Shown here piece by piece: positions 25,400-35,483 of a stretch of 64,000 nt of DNA. Position 1 is the first letter of the stretch; the number at the start of each line of letters is the position of its first letter. Source of the stretch: Camelus dromedarius (lineage: Eukaryota); the NCBI RefSeq assembly GCF_036321535.1, contig NC_087438.1:37758001-37822000 (forward strand), in the 5' to 3' direction. Under the pieces are notes generated by a model that was not told the origin of the DNA, did not search any database, and saw nothing but the letters and a program-made list of their open reading frames with translations. The translations under genes and the position numbers were made by a program.

Positions 25400-26118
25400 A
25401 CTATTTATCCTCTCCTTCACTGTTTCCACCCTTGTCAAAACAATTATCATCTGTCTCCTAGTTGATACTCTAACCATGCTCCCTATTTCCAGTCCGCCTT
25501 TTTTCTGAGCAGAGCAGAGAAAACTGATCAATAGATAAACATGACCTGTCACTCTGCTCAGACCCTCCAGTGACCAGACATCCCACTCAAAGAAAAAGTC
25601 AGAGCTTATCTGACCTACATAGCCTGGCTGCCCATCACCCGCAAGCCCACATGTCCTTCTGACCCCACTTCGTTCATTCCTTCCAGCCAGCAGGTGTGCC
25701 TGCTCTGCCTCACAAGCACTTTCTCCCCTCAGAGCCTTCACACACACAGGCAGTTTGACCAGGAAAGTTCTGCCCAGATAGATCTGTGTGGCTCAACCCT
25801 TCACTTCCCTTAGACTTTTGATCAAATGTGGCCTTCATATGAGGCCTTCCCTAGGCACCCTACCTGAAATGTCAACCCTCCTCTGTTCTTCTCACCCTTT
25901 TTTACCTTTTCCCTTAACCCTTATTATCAACCTATTATATGTGTTGCTTATTTACATTGTTTATTGTTTGTCTCTATGTCTGGAAGTTCATCTTCATGGG
26001 AGCAGGGATTTTTGTCTGTGTTCACTGGTGAGTCTTTGGTGCTTACAACAGCTCCTCACATACAGAAGGAACTCAATAAATACTTGCTGAATGAATGCAT
26101 AAATGAATGAATGAATAA
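25400..26118 (+). mobile_element. L2 (L2a-like) 3' region, about 700 bp
   Basis: Ends GAAGGAACTCAATAAATACTTGCTGAATGAATGCATAAATGAATGAATGAAT; internal CATGACCTGTCACTCTGCTCAGACCCTCCAGTG. Confidence 0.85.
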
Positions 26119-26339
26119 TACACAACCCAGCCCCAAATATCACCTTTTCTGTACAGCTTTTCCCAATTCCCCAGAACCTCTTGTGTATACTTTTTTTGTG
26201 TATTTTATCTCATTATCCTTGTTTGTTGCTTCTGATTGACAATTATTTCCTAATTCTCTTTGTAGTCCCTACACCTGGCCTGTTGTAATTAAAAAGCAAC
26301 AACAACAAATTTTTGAATGAGTGAATTAATAAATCAACT

Positions 26340-26510
26340 TTTCTTGTGATGTAAAATTGCTTTCCAAATGATTATTCCAAAATACACTGACATTAGCAGT
26401 ATATGAATGTACTATTTTCACTAAAGATAAGGCAGGGAGCTTGTTTTTGCTAATTCAATCATGCTATGTGGTTGTATTGTACTTTTGTTTGTTTCTTTGA
26501 TTGCTCGTCC
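26340..26510 (-). mobile_element. Old L1ME-like fragment
   Basis: AAATTGCTTTCCAAATGATTATTCC...CAGCAGTATATGA-like motif...TTTCTTTGATTGCT. Confidence 0.5.
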
Positions 26511-29066
26511 TTAACTGTTTTCAATTCTTTTTGTTAAATCTGTAAATTTGTTCTGCTGGTACTAATTTGTAGTTTACTTTAGAAACAATGAAAACACAAA
26601 GGTTCCAAAGAATCTGGAAATTCGTTTGATTCTTTGCATCAGCAGCAGTGGAGAGTGTGTGAGTCAGGGCCCCAGATGCCTTCAGGGCCAGGTAGGCAGC
26701 ATAAAGGAGTGAACCAGGCAGTGAATGTCCTGTTGGTGAAGACAGGATATCCATTCTCCACTGTCCTTTGGGGCTGATACTCTGTTCCGCTGATGGGTGC
26801 CGTGTTGGGAAGGAAGCTCAGTGTTGCCAAAATTTCTTTTTCAAAGTTGAGTCTTTTATTTCTTAGCCCTAAAGGTGAAAACCTGGAGGTAAAATACAGT
26901 GACATCAATTGTAAAAATATTCACCTTAAAAGGTAATGAAATGGTGAAAGTGCTAACAAACAACATGTGATAACATGAGAAACTGTGATATAGTTTCACT
27001 ATCCTTGAGAGTGTTGAATATAGTATGTGTTTCATATTCAGGTCTCTGGGAGTTGTGGGTATGGCTTGTGATGATGAAGATTAAGAAGTATTTGGTTTTT
27101 ATTCTTTTTTTTTCTCTATCAGATTTCCAAACTGTAATGCTTGTACAAACTGTAATGCTTGTAATGTTGGTTTGAAGGCTACTCCTACATCTGGTTTAGA
27201 ATATGGTAATTCCTTTACAGCAACTATGAAATTTCTGACTGATATTTTGGGGAAGCTTCTGGCCAGCAGAAAGCACATGTTGTACACGTTTTTATCGACC
27301 ACACAAGATAGCAGAATTCCTCATTGTCATTGCCAGCTGCCCTATGCAAATGCTCTCCTGGAGTTCTGTGCCATACAACTGCCAATACAGAATTTAAAAT
27401 CTGTAGTCTTGAAGAAATTGCTTTGTTTTCAATGAGTTGCCTGTTAGAAAAGGAGAATGACATTAATAATACAGGATGGCCCATCACTTGGACAGTTCCC
27501 ATGGTGGTCAATTATTGTTGGCATCCTAGGGTGGGCAGCATCTGTTATCCAGACTTCAGGTTTTCTTCTCCCAATAGAAGACAGGGGGACTGTTGGCGCA
27601 CTGAGACTCTTCTTGAGTCTTGTAGGTGGTATTCCTGAAGCTCGACTCTTGGCGATCCCCTTGTGTTCATCTTCTAAATTTTCTACTTTTTAAAAATATG
27701 AGGTTTTCTGCAGCTGCCTGGAGGATTTCATACCATAAGAGCCCGTACGTGTCCTTTGGTGAAAATATCTGAAGTGCTTATTGCTACTTAAAATTCTGGA
27801 GGAGACAGAATTTGTTGAGTTCAGAGCTTTCAGTCAGGTACTGGGGAAGAATATAAAGGAGATAAGTTTGGTTTATCCTGCCTAATAGGAGGTAGCACTC
27901 GAAATGTCTGATAGTGGTTCATTTACTTGCTTAGAACATGATCATAATGTTGGTATAGAAAGAAAATTACCCCAAACCCATTTTCATAATACCAAGTAAT
28001 GACTGTACTTTATCACAGCACCATTGTCCTGTAGTCTAAACGTTATTGCCTGATTTATCATGCCAATAGTGTTGTTTTCATATCCTATCTCTCTTTTCTT
28101 TCTACTGTCAAACAAGGCACCATGTAAATTATGCTGCATTTAACTCTCTTTGGGCAAACTATATAATACTTGACTTTATTTCTCTTTACCTGAAATATTT
28201 TTCTAAGTTTAGAATTAGTTCCTTGATGTTTGAATGAGGCTTCATCTTATATGTGTCCTGGTAAAAGAGATGAAGCCTTTTAGAAAGTAGTTACGGCTCC
28301 TTCTTAAATCAAAAACAAAAACAAGCAAAAAAGAAGCACAATAATAAGAGGTGTGCATGGCTGGTTTTTAATTTGCAGGAATATATGAGGTTCACAGCCT
28401 GCTATGTACCAAATATGCACTTGCTAGTTTGAAAACATTCATCATTTCTACTGATTAGACTTTTTCAGTGAGTTTTATAATTCTCTTTTTACAAATAAAA
28501 ACACAAAAGCACATAGTAGGGACAGGACCATTTCTACCAACGTCACTCTGTGGAATTAAGTATTCTCTTTCAACAAATAGCGGAAGAGATTCGGGATAAA
28601 TATAAGCAGGTAAATTAGCTACATGGTGACACTGACTTCTTGACATTGCAAAAGGAACAAGTTCAGCAAATTAATTTACTGTTGTACTGGTTATGTTGTG
28701 TTCGGCTCTAGTGGCCCCTTTATAATGGTATTGATTTTTTTTTTAATCTCGTGGATCATATGCCTCCACATGAGTCCATGTCCTTTAAAACAGACACCTT
28801 GGCGATGCTGAGCATCCTGAAAAGGAGCCAAAAGTTTCAACAACTCATCCCTTTGAATTGCCTTGAGAGCACCTGGCACTTTCTTTTTAGCGTTTTTCAG
28901 GGGTGACAACTCTTCCATCTTTGAGGACTGGTTTTGAAATTGTGAGGCAGTCAGAAAAAAGGAAAAAGGAAAAGCTGTCCAGAGCTAAGTCTAGAGAATA
29001 TGGTTAATTGCTTTACTTGAGCTCCAACTGAGATGTGATTATCAAATAAGCAAGCATTAATATTCT

Positions 29067-29142
29067 TTCCTTCCTTCCTTCCTTCCTTCCTTCCTTCCTT
29101 CCTTCCTTCCTTCCTTCCTTCCCTCCCTCCCTCCCTCCCTCC
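29067..29142. repeat. Compound (TTCC)14(CTCC)5 tetranucleotide repeat
   Basis: Read directly from sequence. Confidence 0.95.
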
Positions 29143-29359
29143 CTTCTTCTCCTCATCCTACTTCTCCCTCTCTTTTTCTCTTGGCTCATAAAATGCTTCT
29201 GTGAATAAAATTTCAAAAATATTTTCAGCATGGAAAATTTATAAAATAAGTAAATATTCTTCCAAAGTGACAGCTTTGAATACTACTACTTTGAGAAGTA
29301 AGGGCAAGTGCATTTGTAAAAAAAAAAAATTATCTTACAGCTAATCCCAGTGAAAATAT

Positions 29360-29989
29360 CATCTCTGGTTATCTATTGCTGTGTACAAAGTATCCCTGAA
29401 ACGTGGCAGTGAGGATGGAAATCATTTTCTCATGCACACAGTTTCATAGGTCAGGAAGTCAGGTAGGCACAGCAGGGGTGGTTCCTCTCCTCTGCCCCCA
29501 CCCCATGATAGCCAGCCCTCTGCTGGGTGGCTCAGCGGGCTGGAAGGGTAGGGCACTTTATCTGTGGCCTCAGATCAGGCTGTGATCTGAGTTCCTTGGT
29601 CCTTCTCCACATCCAGGATGGCTTTTTTTCACTCACATGTCTAGAACCTGGCCTGGGATGGCTAGAATGTCTGGCTTTGGTTGGTCTTCTCTCCCCATGC
29701 CGACTCTCAAAATGTCCAGCTCCAACTTCCTCACAATGTGACAGTCTCAGCAGCTGGATTTCCTCCACAGTGGCTGGCCTTCCCTAGAGTGAGCATTCCA
29801 GGAAGCAAGAAGTGGAAGTTGCCAGTCTCCTAAGGCCTGGCTGGGAAACTGACACAGCATCTCTTTTGCCATATTCTTTGACTAAAGGCAGTCACAGAGC
29901 CAATCTAGATTTAAGGGCCAGAGATTTGGACTTCAGAATTCAGTGAGAAGAGTCTCAAAGAATTTTGTGCTCATATTTAATTCACCACA
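29360..29989 (-). mobile_element. MLT1 (G/H/I-like) solo LTR
   Basis: GGTTATCTATTGCTGTGTACAAAGTATCCC ... CAAAGAATTTTGTGCTCATATTTAATTCACCACA. Confidence 0.85.
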
Positions 29990-30108
29990 AAACCTAAAGC
30001 TACCCAGATGGAAGGGACATACATTTTCTGGATTCTTCTCTCTTTAGAAGATGTCAGAAATGTTTGAGGTACTCTATGAATTAAAGGTGAAATGTTAAGC
30101 ACTGATTT

Positions 30109-30283
30109 TTTTTTTTTTTGGTTTCTTTTTTTTTTTTAATTATTGAAGTATAGTCAGTTACAGTATGTCAATTTCTGGTATACAGCATAATGTCCCAGTC
30201 ATGCATGTATATATACATATATTTGTTTTCATATTCTTTTTCATGAGAGGTTATTACAAGATATTGAATATAATTCCTTGTGC
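30109..30283 (-). mobile_element. Young 5'-truncated L1 3' end with a 29-bp TSD
   Basis: Poly-T then TTGAAGTATAGTCAGTTACAGTATGTCAATTTCTGGTATACAGCATAATG; TSD 30080-30108 / 30284-30312. Confidence 0.92.
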
Positions 30284-30719
30284 ATTAGAGGTGAAATGTT
30301 AAGCATTGATTTGTCTAAGGATACTGCATGTATATGCTCGGACTCTAGGTACACTGATTTTAATAAATTTATTTTAATAGGGTGATAATTTTTATGTCTG
30401 CATGGCAGACTCATTCTAATAAATGATCTATCAGCAAATTTTGGACGCTTAGGTAAACAGTCACCTGAGAGATGAACAGAGTTTACCTACGCTGTATTAT
30501 AAATCATATATTCCTCTCTACCTTGCTCATGTTCATCTCTTTTCCTGAAGTATGCTACTTACATTCATGCTTGCTTTGCTTCCTAAGATTTCTATCTAGC
30601 CACCAAAATCCATGTCTTCCATTAAGCCTTTCCCATCCCCAAGTCAGGTATTTTCTTTCTTTGAAGGCTTTGTACTTTTTGGAAATTTTGAAGACAGAAA
30701 TTTGGGGGTAAATTTTGGA

Positions 30720-30910
30720 CCTGTGTGGTGATTCTTCACAAACTTTACCTTGGATTAAAGCTATTTACTTACTCATTATCTTTTCACTCCTGATAAGCTC
30801 CCAGGAGGTGGGACTGCTTCTCATTTAGTTTTTCATCTAATGCTATTCTGAGTGTGGTGTCTTGCTCAGAGTAAGTGCTTGAGATGTATTATTCACGATA
30901 AATAATTGAA
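30720..30910 (+). mobile_element. L2 3' end fragment
   Basis: CCTGATAAGCTCCCAGGAGG...GAGTAAGTGCTTGAGATGTATT. Confidence 0.55.
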
Positions 30911-31029
30911 AGACTAATACATAAGGATTTCTGTTGATTGTGCTTTTATAGAAAGATCTATTATTCTAAAAGATGTGATAAATTGAGCACTTAGCCTGGT
31001 CAGAACAGGGATAAGTATTTACATGCAAC

Positions 31030-31730
31030 ATCCACTCAGGATCATTAAATGAGGGCCTCAGTACTTGCCTAAGCATTATGCTGGGCAAACAACTACTACT
31101 AAATGCACCTTCTCACTTGAGGAACATTCATTTAGTGGAGGGATTGGACACACAAGGACATTCATTCTAGTGGGAGAATTGGATATCACACAAGTTAGTG
31201 TCCATTTAGTAGAACTGTGATAAGGACTATTAAAGAGGAGCACAGTGTGCTAGGAGAAAATAGAATAGGGAGATCTAACCAGTCCAGAGGAGTGGTGGTG
31301 AAGGAAGGCTTTCCGTGGAGGTGACTTGTGAGATGAATTTTTAAGGATGATCAGTAATGAACAAAAAGGTCAAGGGGTGGTGTTCTAGGACTTGAGGGGG
31401 GAGGATGCATGGCCCAGTGGAAAACAGAGAGAAGTATTATTTGTGCTGAAATCTGAAGTATATACAGGGGTTGACCAGGTCCATTATGGTGGAAGATAAT
31501 ACCAGGCAGAAGAGACAGCCTGTGTAATATACCTGAGGTGGGAAAGAGCATGAGATATTGGAGGAATAGAAAGAGGGTCAATGGGGCACTAGGAGATAGT
31601 GTGTGGGAGCCTGGGTCATTTTGTTCAGGCCCTTCATGGGCCACACAAAAGATTGTTTATCCCAAGAACAAGAGGGAACCGTCAAAATAATTTAATTAGA
31701 GAGGTAGCCTGTTCAGATTTGTAGTTTCAA
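31030..31730 (-). mobile_element. L2, about 700 bp
   Basis: GAAGGAAGGCTTTCCGTGGAGGTGACTTGTGAGATGAATTTTAAGGATGA...GGCCCTTCATGGGCCACACAAAAGATT. Confidence 0.8.
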
Positions 31731-31749
31731 AACCTACATTCATTTAACC

Positions 31750-31880
31750 TTCACTATAATAATATACCCTCACTTGAAAAATTAGGACTTCACCCAGAGT
31801 CAAAAAGAAATTGAATGACAAAGTGACAAAGGCAAGACTTAAAATCAGGCTCTCAGATCCAAAACTCAGAGCTTTTATGT
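31750..31880 (-). mobile_element. MIR fragment
   Basis: AATTGAATGACAAAGTGACAAAGGCAAGACTTAAAATCAGGCTCTCAGATCCAAAACTC. Confidence 0.5.
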
Positions 31881-32254
31881 GAATGAATATTTGCATGTAC
31901 TAGTCTTCCTTAAGTTTAAGTGTGGACTAGCTCATATTTTGGACATGTGACCTACATTTCAGGTCCATTAAGAGCAAACTATGCCTTCCCTATGTTCAAC
32001 ATGGCTTCCCTGTGCCTCTCCATTCACATTAGAAACAGGGACATTGTTAGAGAAGGCATACAAATCATGGCCATTTCCAGGCAGTGCAGGGTTGGAGAGT
32101 AGACTGCAGCTATGAAGTCAAAACAGCATTTCATAATAGATATGAGCAATGCCTTCTGACAAGTTCTTTATCCACACAGTGAAAAGGCAGGCTATGATCC
32201 TCTCTGCCATGTCATTGTAGAGTAAAAAACTGCATATAAATACACCAGGAACTG

Positions 32255-32500
32255 CGGAAAGGAGCCTGACTTAGGAGCTGAAAAGACTCAGACTAAAGTG
32301 TGGTCTGGTTTACTTTAAAATCCTAGCCTAAAGTTACTAGATCTGTGATGCTTCACTGAACTTCAGGTTTTCACCTGTGAGAAGAGTGTTATAATTACTC
32401 TAAGATGGTTTGGTAATGATAAGACATTGTAAAATGACTGCAGTCTATTAGCTACTTTATAAATGACAATTACTATTGTTGTTATTACTATTTCTATTTT
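32255..32500 (+). mobile_element. MIR fragment
   Basis: GCTTCACTGAACTTCAGGTTTTCACCTGTGAGAAGAG. Confidence 0.5.
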
Positions 32501-32585
32501 ACATTTTGAGTCCTTTGGTTACCAGAGCAGGAATAGTGGCTGTTTAAACATTGACTTAATTCCTTTCCTCTTTGTAGCATCTGTG

Positions 32586-33000
32586 TGTGGTAGACAGAAT
32601 AATGGTGCCTCCAAAGATGGCCACGTCCTAATTTTTGGAACCTGAGAAGAACATGTTAAGTGACATAGCAAAAGGGACTTTGTGAATGTCATTAAATTAA
32701 AAATTTTGAGATGAGAAGATTTTACTGGATTATCAGTATGTTGTCACAAGAGTAAATACAGGACTGCAGTCAAGTTACGTCAGAGTTAGAGAGAAAGACT
32801 GGAAGATGCTCCCCTCTGACTTTGAAGATGGAGGAACAAATTCTCCCCTAAAACCTCCAGAAGGAAATCAGTCCTGTGACACCTTGATTTTAGCCAAGTG
32901 AGATTGATTTTGGACTTCTTATAACCTATACCATAAATTTGTTGTTTTAAGCCATGAAATTTGTGGCAATTTGTTACAATAGCGATAGAGAATGAATACA
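32586..33000 (+). mobile_element. MLT1D/E-like solo LTR
   Basis: TGTGGTAGACAGAATAATGG...CCAAAGATG ... GGCAATTTGTTACAATAGCGATAGAGAATGAATACA. Confidence 0.9.
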
Positions 33001-34630
33001 TGATAGGACAAATAATTTTAGCTGGTAAAATTGTTATATGCAAACTTTGTATGCAAGAAGGCATCTTTGTTTATACACACACACACACATATATGCCTTA
33101 TGAAATTATCTACTCATATTGATTGATGGTGCTTTTATTGATGAAGAAAAAGTCTGCACTGAACCTAAATTTATCCTAATAATCACTTTATTTCTCCTTT
33201 TCCTTACCATAATATTATTTTTCCCTAGTTTGTTTTAAGAGTAGCCAAAAATAAAAATAATACACTAGAAAGTCTTTTGAGACTAGGATTTCCCAAGATG
33301 TTTCTATATCTGGCATGATGGAACTCTCCCAGTGAAATTTATAACTGGAAAGCACTGACTTCTTCAAAGTTCGCACGGAATGGGAGCCTGGTGTCTTGGG
33401 CAGCAGGATGTCATCTGCCATCACCATGACTTTCTGCCAGAATGATTGCTTGTCTGTCCCAAGGAAGGATATTTTTAGGCAAGAATTTCTAGTATAATCT
33501 ATCCCATTAAAAGTGAGAGTGTAGAAGTTTTTGATAATTCTGCTTAATTCTAGGTACTGAATGGCTCAGTAATAGAAGCATTTTAAAACTGATTTTTTCT
33601 GTTCCCCCATCTTGTCTTATTTTTTGGACTTACAGCCATCTGATCTCCCACTTAAAGTCATTTCTCTGCAGTGAATAGCAGAACATTTGCACTTGGCTGG
33701 ATATGAGTCTTTGATGTGCCTGTTTATTTATGCATGTGCTTGTCAGAAAGTAAAATTTAAAACATTTAACAAACACCCTTACCCCTGTTGAATAGACATA
33801 GAACCAAATGAGTATTTTAGGAAGTTCAATACAGAAAGTGGAGTAAAATTTTAACTTAATACTAGGAATTGTTGTGTTTTTCTGTATCCGATGCTTGGAC
33901 TTTAGAGTTTTCAAGACCATGACAACACCATGGAAACAAAATGCCAAACTAAGTTGCTAATGTCCTTTAATTATTGACTATTGCCCTCAGAACTATATTT
34001 ATTTCTCTGGAAATAAATCATGGCTTTATATGTAGGCTATCAACCTTGCTCCATTTATATATAATAAAGTATTTCTTTTGATGAAGAAAAAATTTGCTTA
34101 GAATGGTAGCTTATGCCATACTAATGAGCAGAATGTCTACTTTAGTTGAAACTTGTTACAATGTCAAGGTTATTATAATAGAATTGAAATGACTCAAAAA
34201 TCATGCTCCCTGCTCAGCACTAAGGATAGAGCTGTGAGACTGTTTACATTTGAGCCCTTTAACAATTTTTATTTTCTTTCTAACTAAACCTGCCTAACGT
34301 ATGCAACAACTTCTTTTATTTAACACGGAGCATTGTTTCCCCAGGTAGAGAGGGTGCAAATTACTTTCAGAACAGGGTTGTGAGGGGTAGCATGTGGTTT
34401 GGAAAATCTTATTTGTGATTCTGATCCGAGGCTTCTCCTATCTCTACTTACAAAGTGCCGTTTTAGATTATCTATTAGTTTATGTCAAACTTTAAAGCAA
34501 AAAAACTAGCCTTTCCGTGAGGCATTGAGTGACACCAAATGTCATAATCTGAAGAAACTGGAGTGACTCTCTCTAGAGAGACATAGCCAGAGAATGATTT
34601 CAAAGGTGTGAATGAGAAAAGGCACTAGAT

Positions 34631-35006
34631 TATTTCACTTCGCATAATGCCCTCCTATGATATCACTTACATGTTAAATCTAAAAAATACAACAAACTAG
34701 TGAACAGAACGAAAAAGAAGCAGACTCACAGATACAGAGAAAAAAACTAGTGGTTACCAGTGGGGAGAGGGAAGGGGGAAGGGGCAATATAGGGGTAGGG
34801 GATTATGAGGTCCAAATTATTAGGTATAAAGCAAACTACAAGGACATTTTGTACCATGTGGGGAATAGAGCCAATGTTTTATGGTAATTGTAAATGGAGT
34901 ACAGCCTTTAAAAATTTGTGAATCACTCTACTGTACACTGGTAATTTATATACATAATGTATATCAAACATACTTCAATTAAAAAAAAAACTTTAAAAGG
35001 GAAAAA
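34631..35006 (+). mobile_element. L1 3' end with a short 5' inversion and TSD
   Basis: Sense part TATGATATCACTTACATGTTAAATCTAAAAAATACAACAAACTAGTG...A-tail; 34631-34655 is antisense L1; TSD AAAAGGCACTAGATTA (34617-34632) / AAAGAGGCACTTGATTA (35007-35023). Confidence 0.9.
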
Positions 35007-35029
35007 AAAGAGGCACTTGATTAGACACG

Positions 35030-35460
35030 TTGGTATTCTCCCCAGATCCCCTCACCTTTACCTGTTCAGTGCAGTCTGACCAAATTCAAATGCATTTCTC
35101 TGCCTCGGGGCTTTTTCTGCATTCTAGAGCTCACTTTGCTGCCACAGGCTAGACTGGGAAGGGTTGAGAATTAATTAATGTCTTGCCGGGAAACAGCCTT
35201 CTGTTGGTGACTGACGGACTGGTATACAAATAACCCAGCTCCATCACCTTCAGGTGAGAGAAATTCAAGGCGTGTATTTTACATCAGCTCACAGTCTTTT
35301 CTAGAAGGATTAACCTCTAGTTACCAACAGTGGAAACTTGCTTTGTAAAAAATCCTTTGTTACCTGCTTTTTTCTTCCTGTCTCACTCTTCTACTTCTCT
35401 GCTGGAATTAACTTCAATATAAACCACCACCTAGGCCCCTGGGATCCATCTTTAGCAAAG
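35030..35460 (+). mobile_element. LTR16-family ERVL LTR
   Basis: CCCAGATCCCC...GACTGGTATACAAATAACCCAGCTCCATCACCTTCAGGTGAG...CCTCTAGTTACCAACAGTGGAAACTTGCTT. Confidence 0.75.
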
Positions 35461-35483
35461 AAATACATACCTCTTGAAAAACA

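Noticed and set aside
27457-27693. Hydrophobic ORF with PWWSIIVGILG, superficially like an integrin-alpha or env transmembrane segment
   Set aside because: No GFFKR-type motif or other family hallmark and no supporting splice sites; resemblance is limited to a few residues
28700-28725. CTCF-like motif CGGCTCTAGTGGCCC (also weak ones near 44085 and 52760)
   Set aside because: Each departs from the core consensus at key GG positions or needs a gap; not supportable without ChIP data
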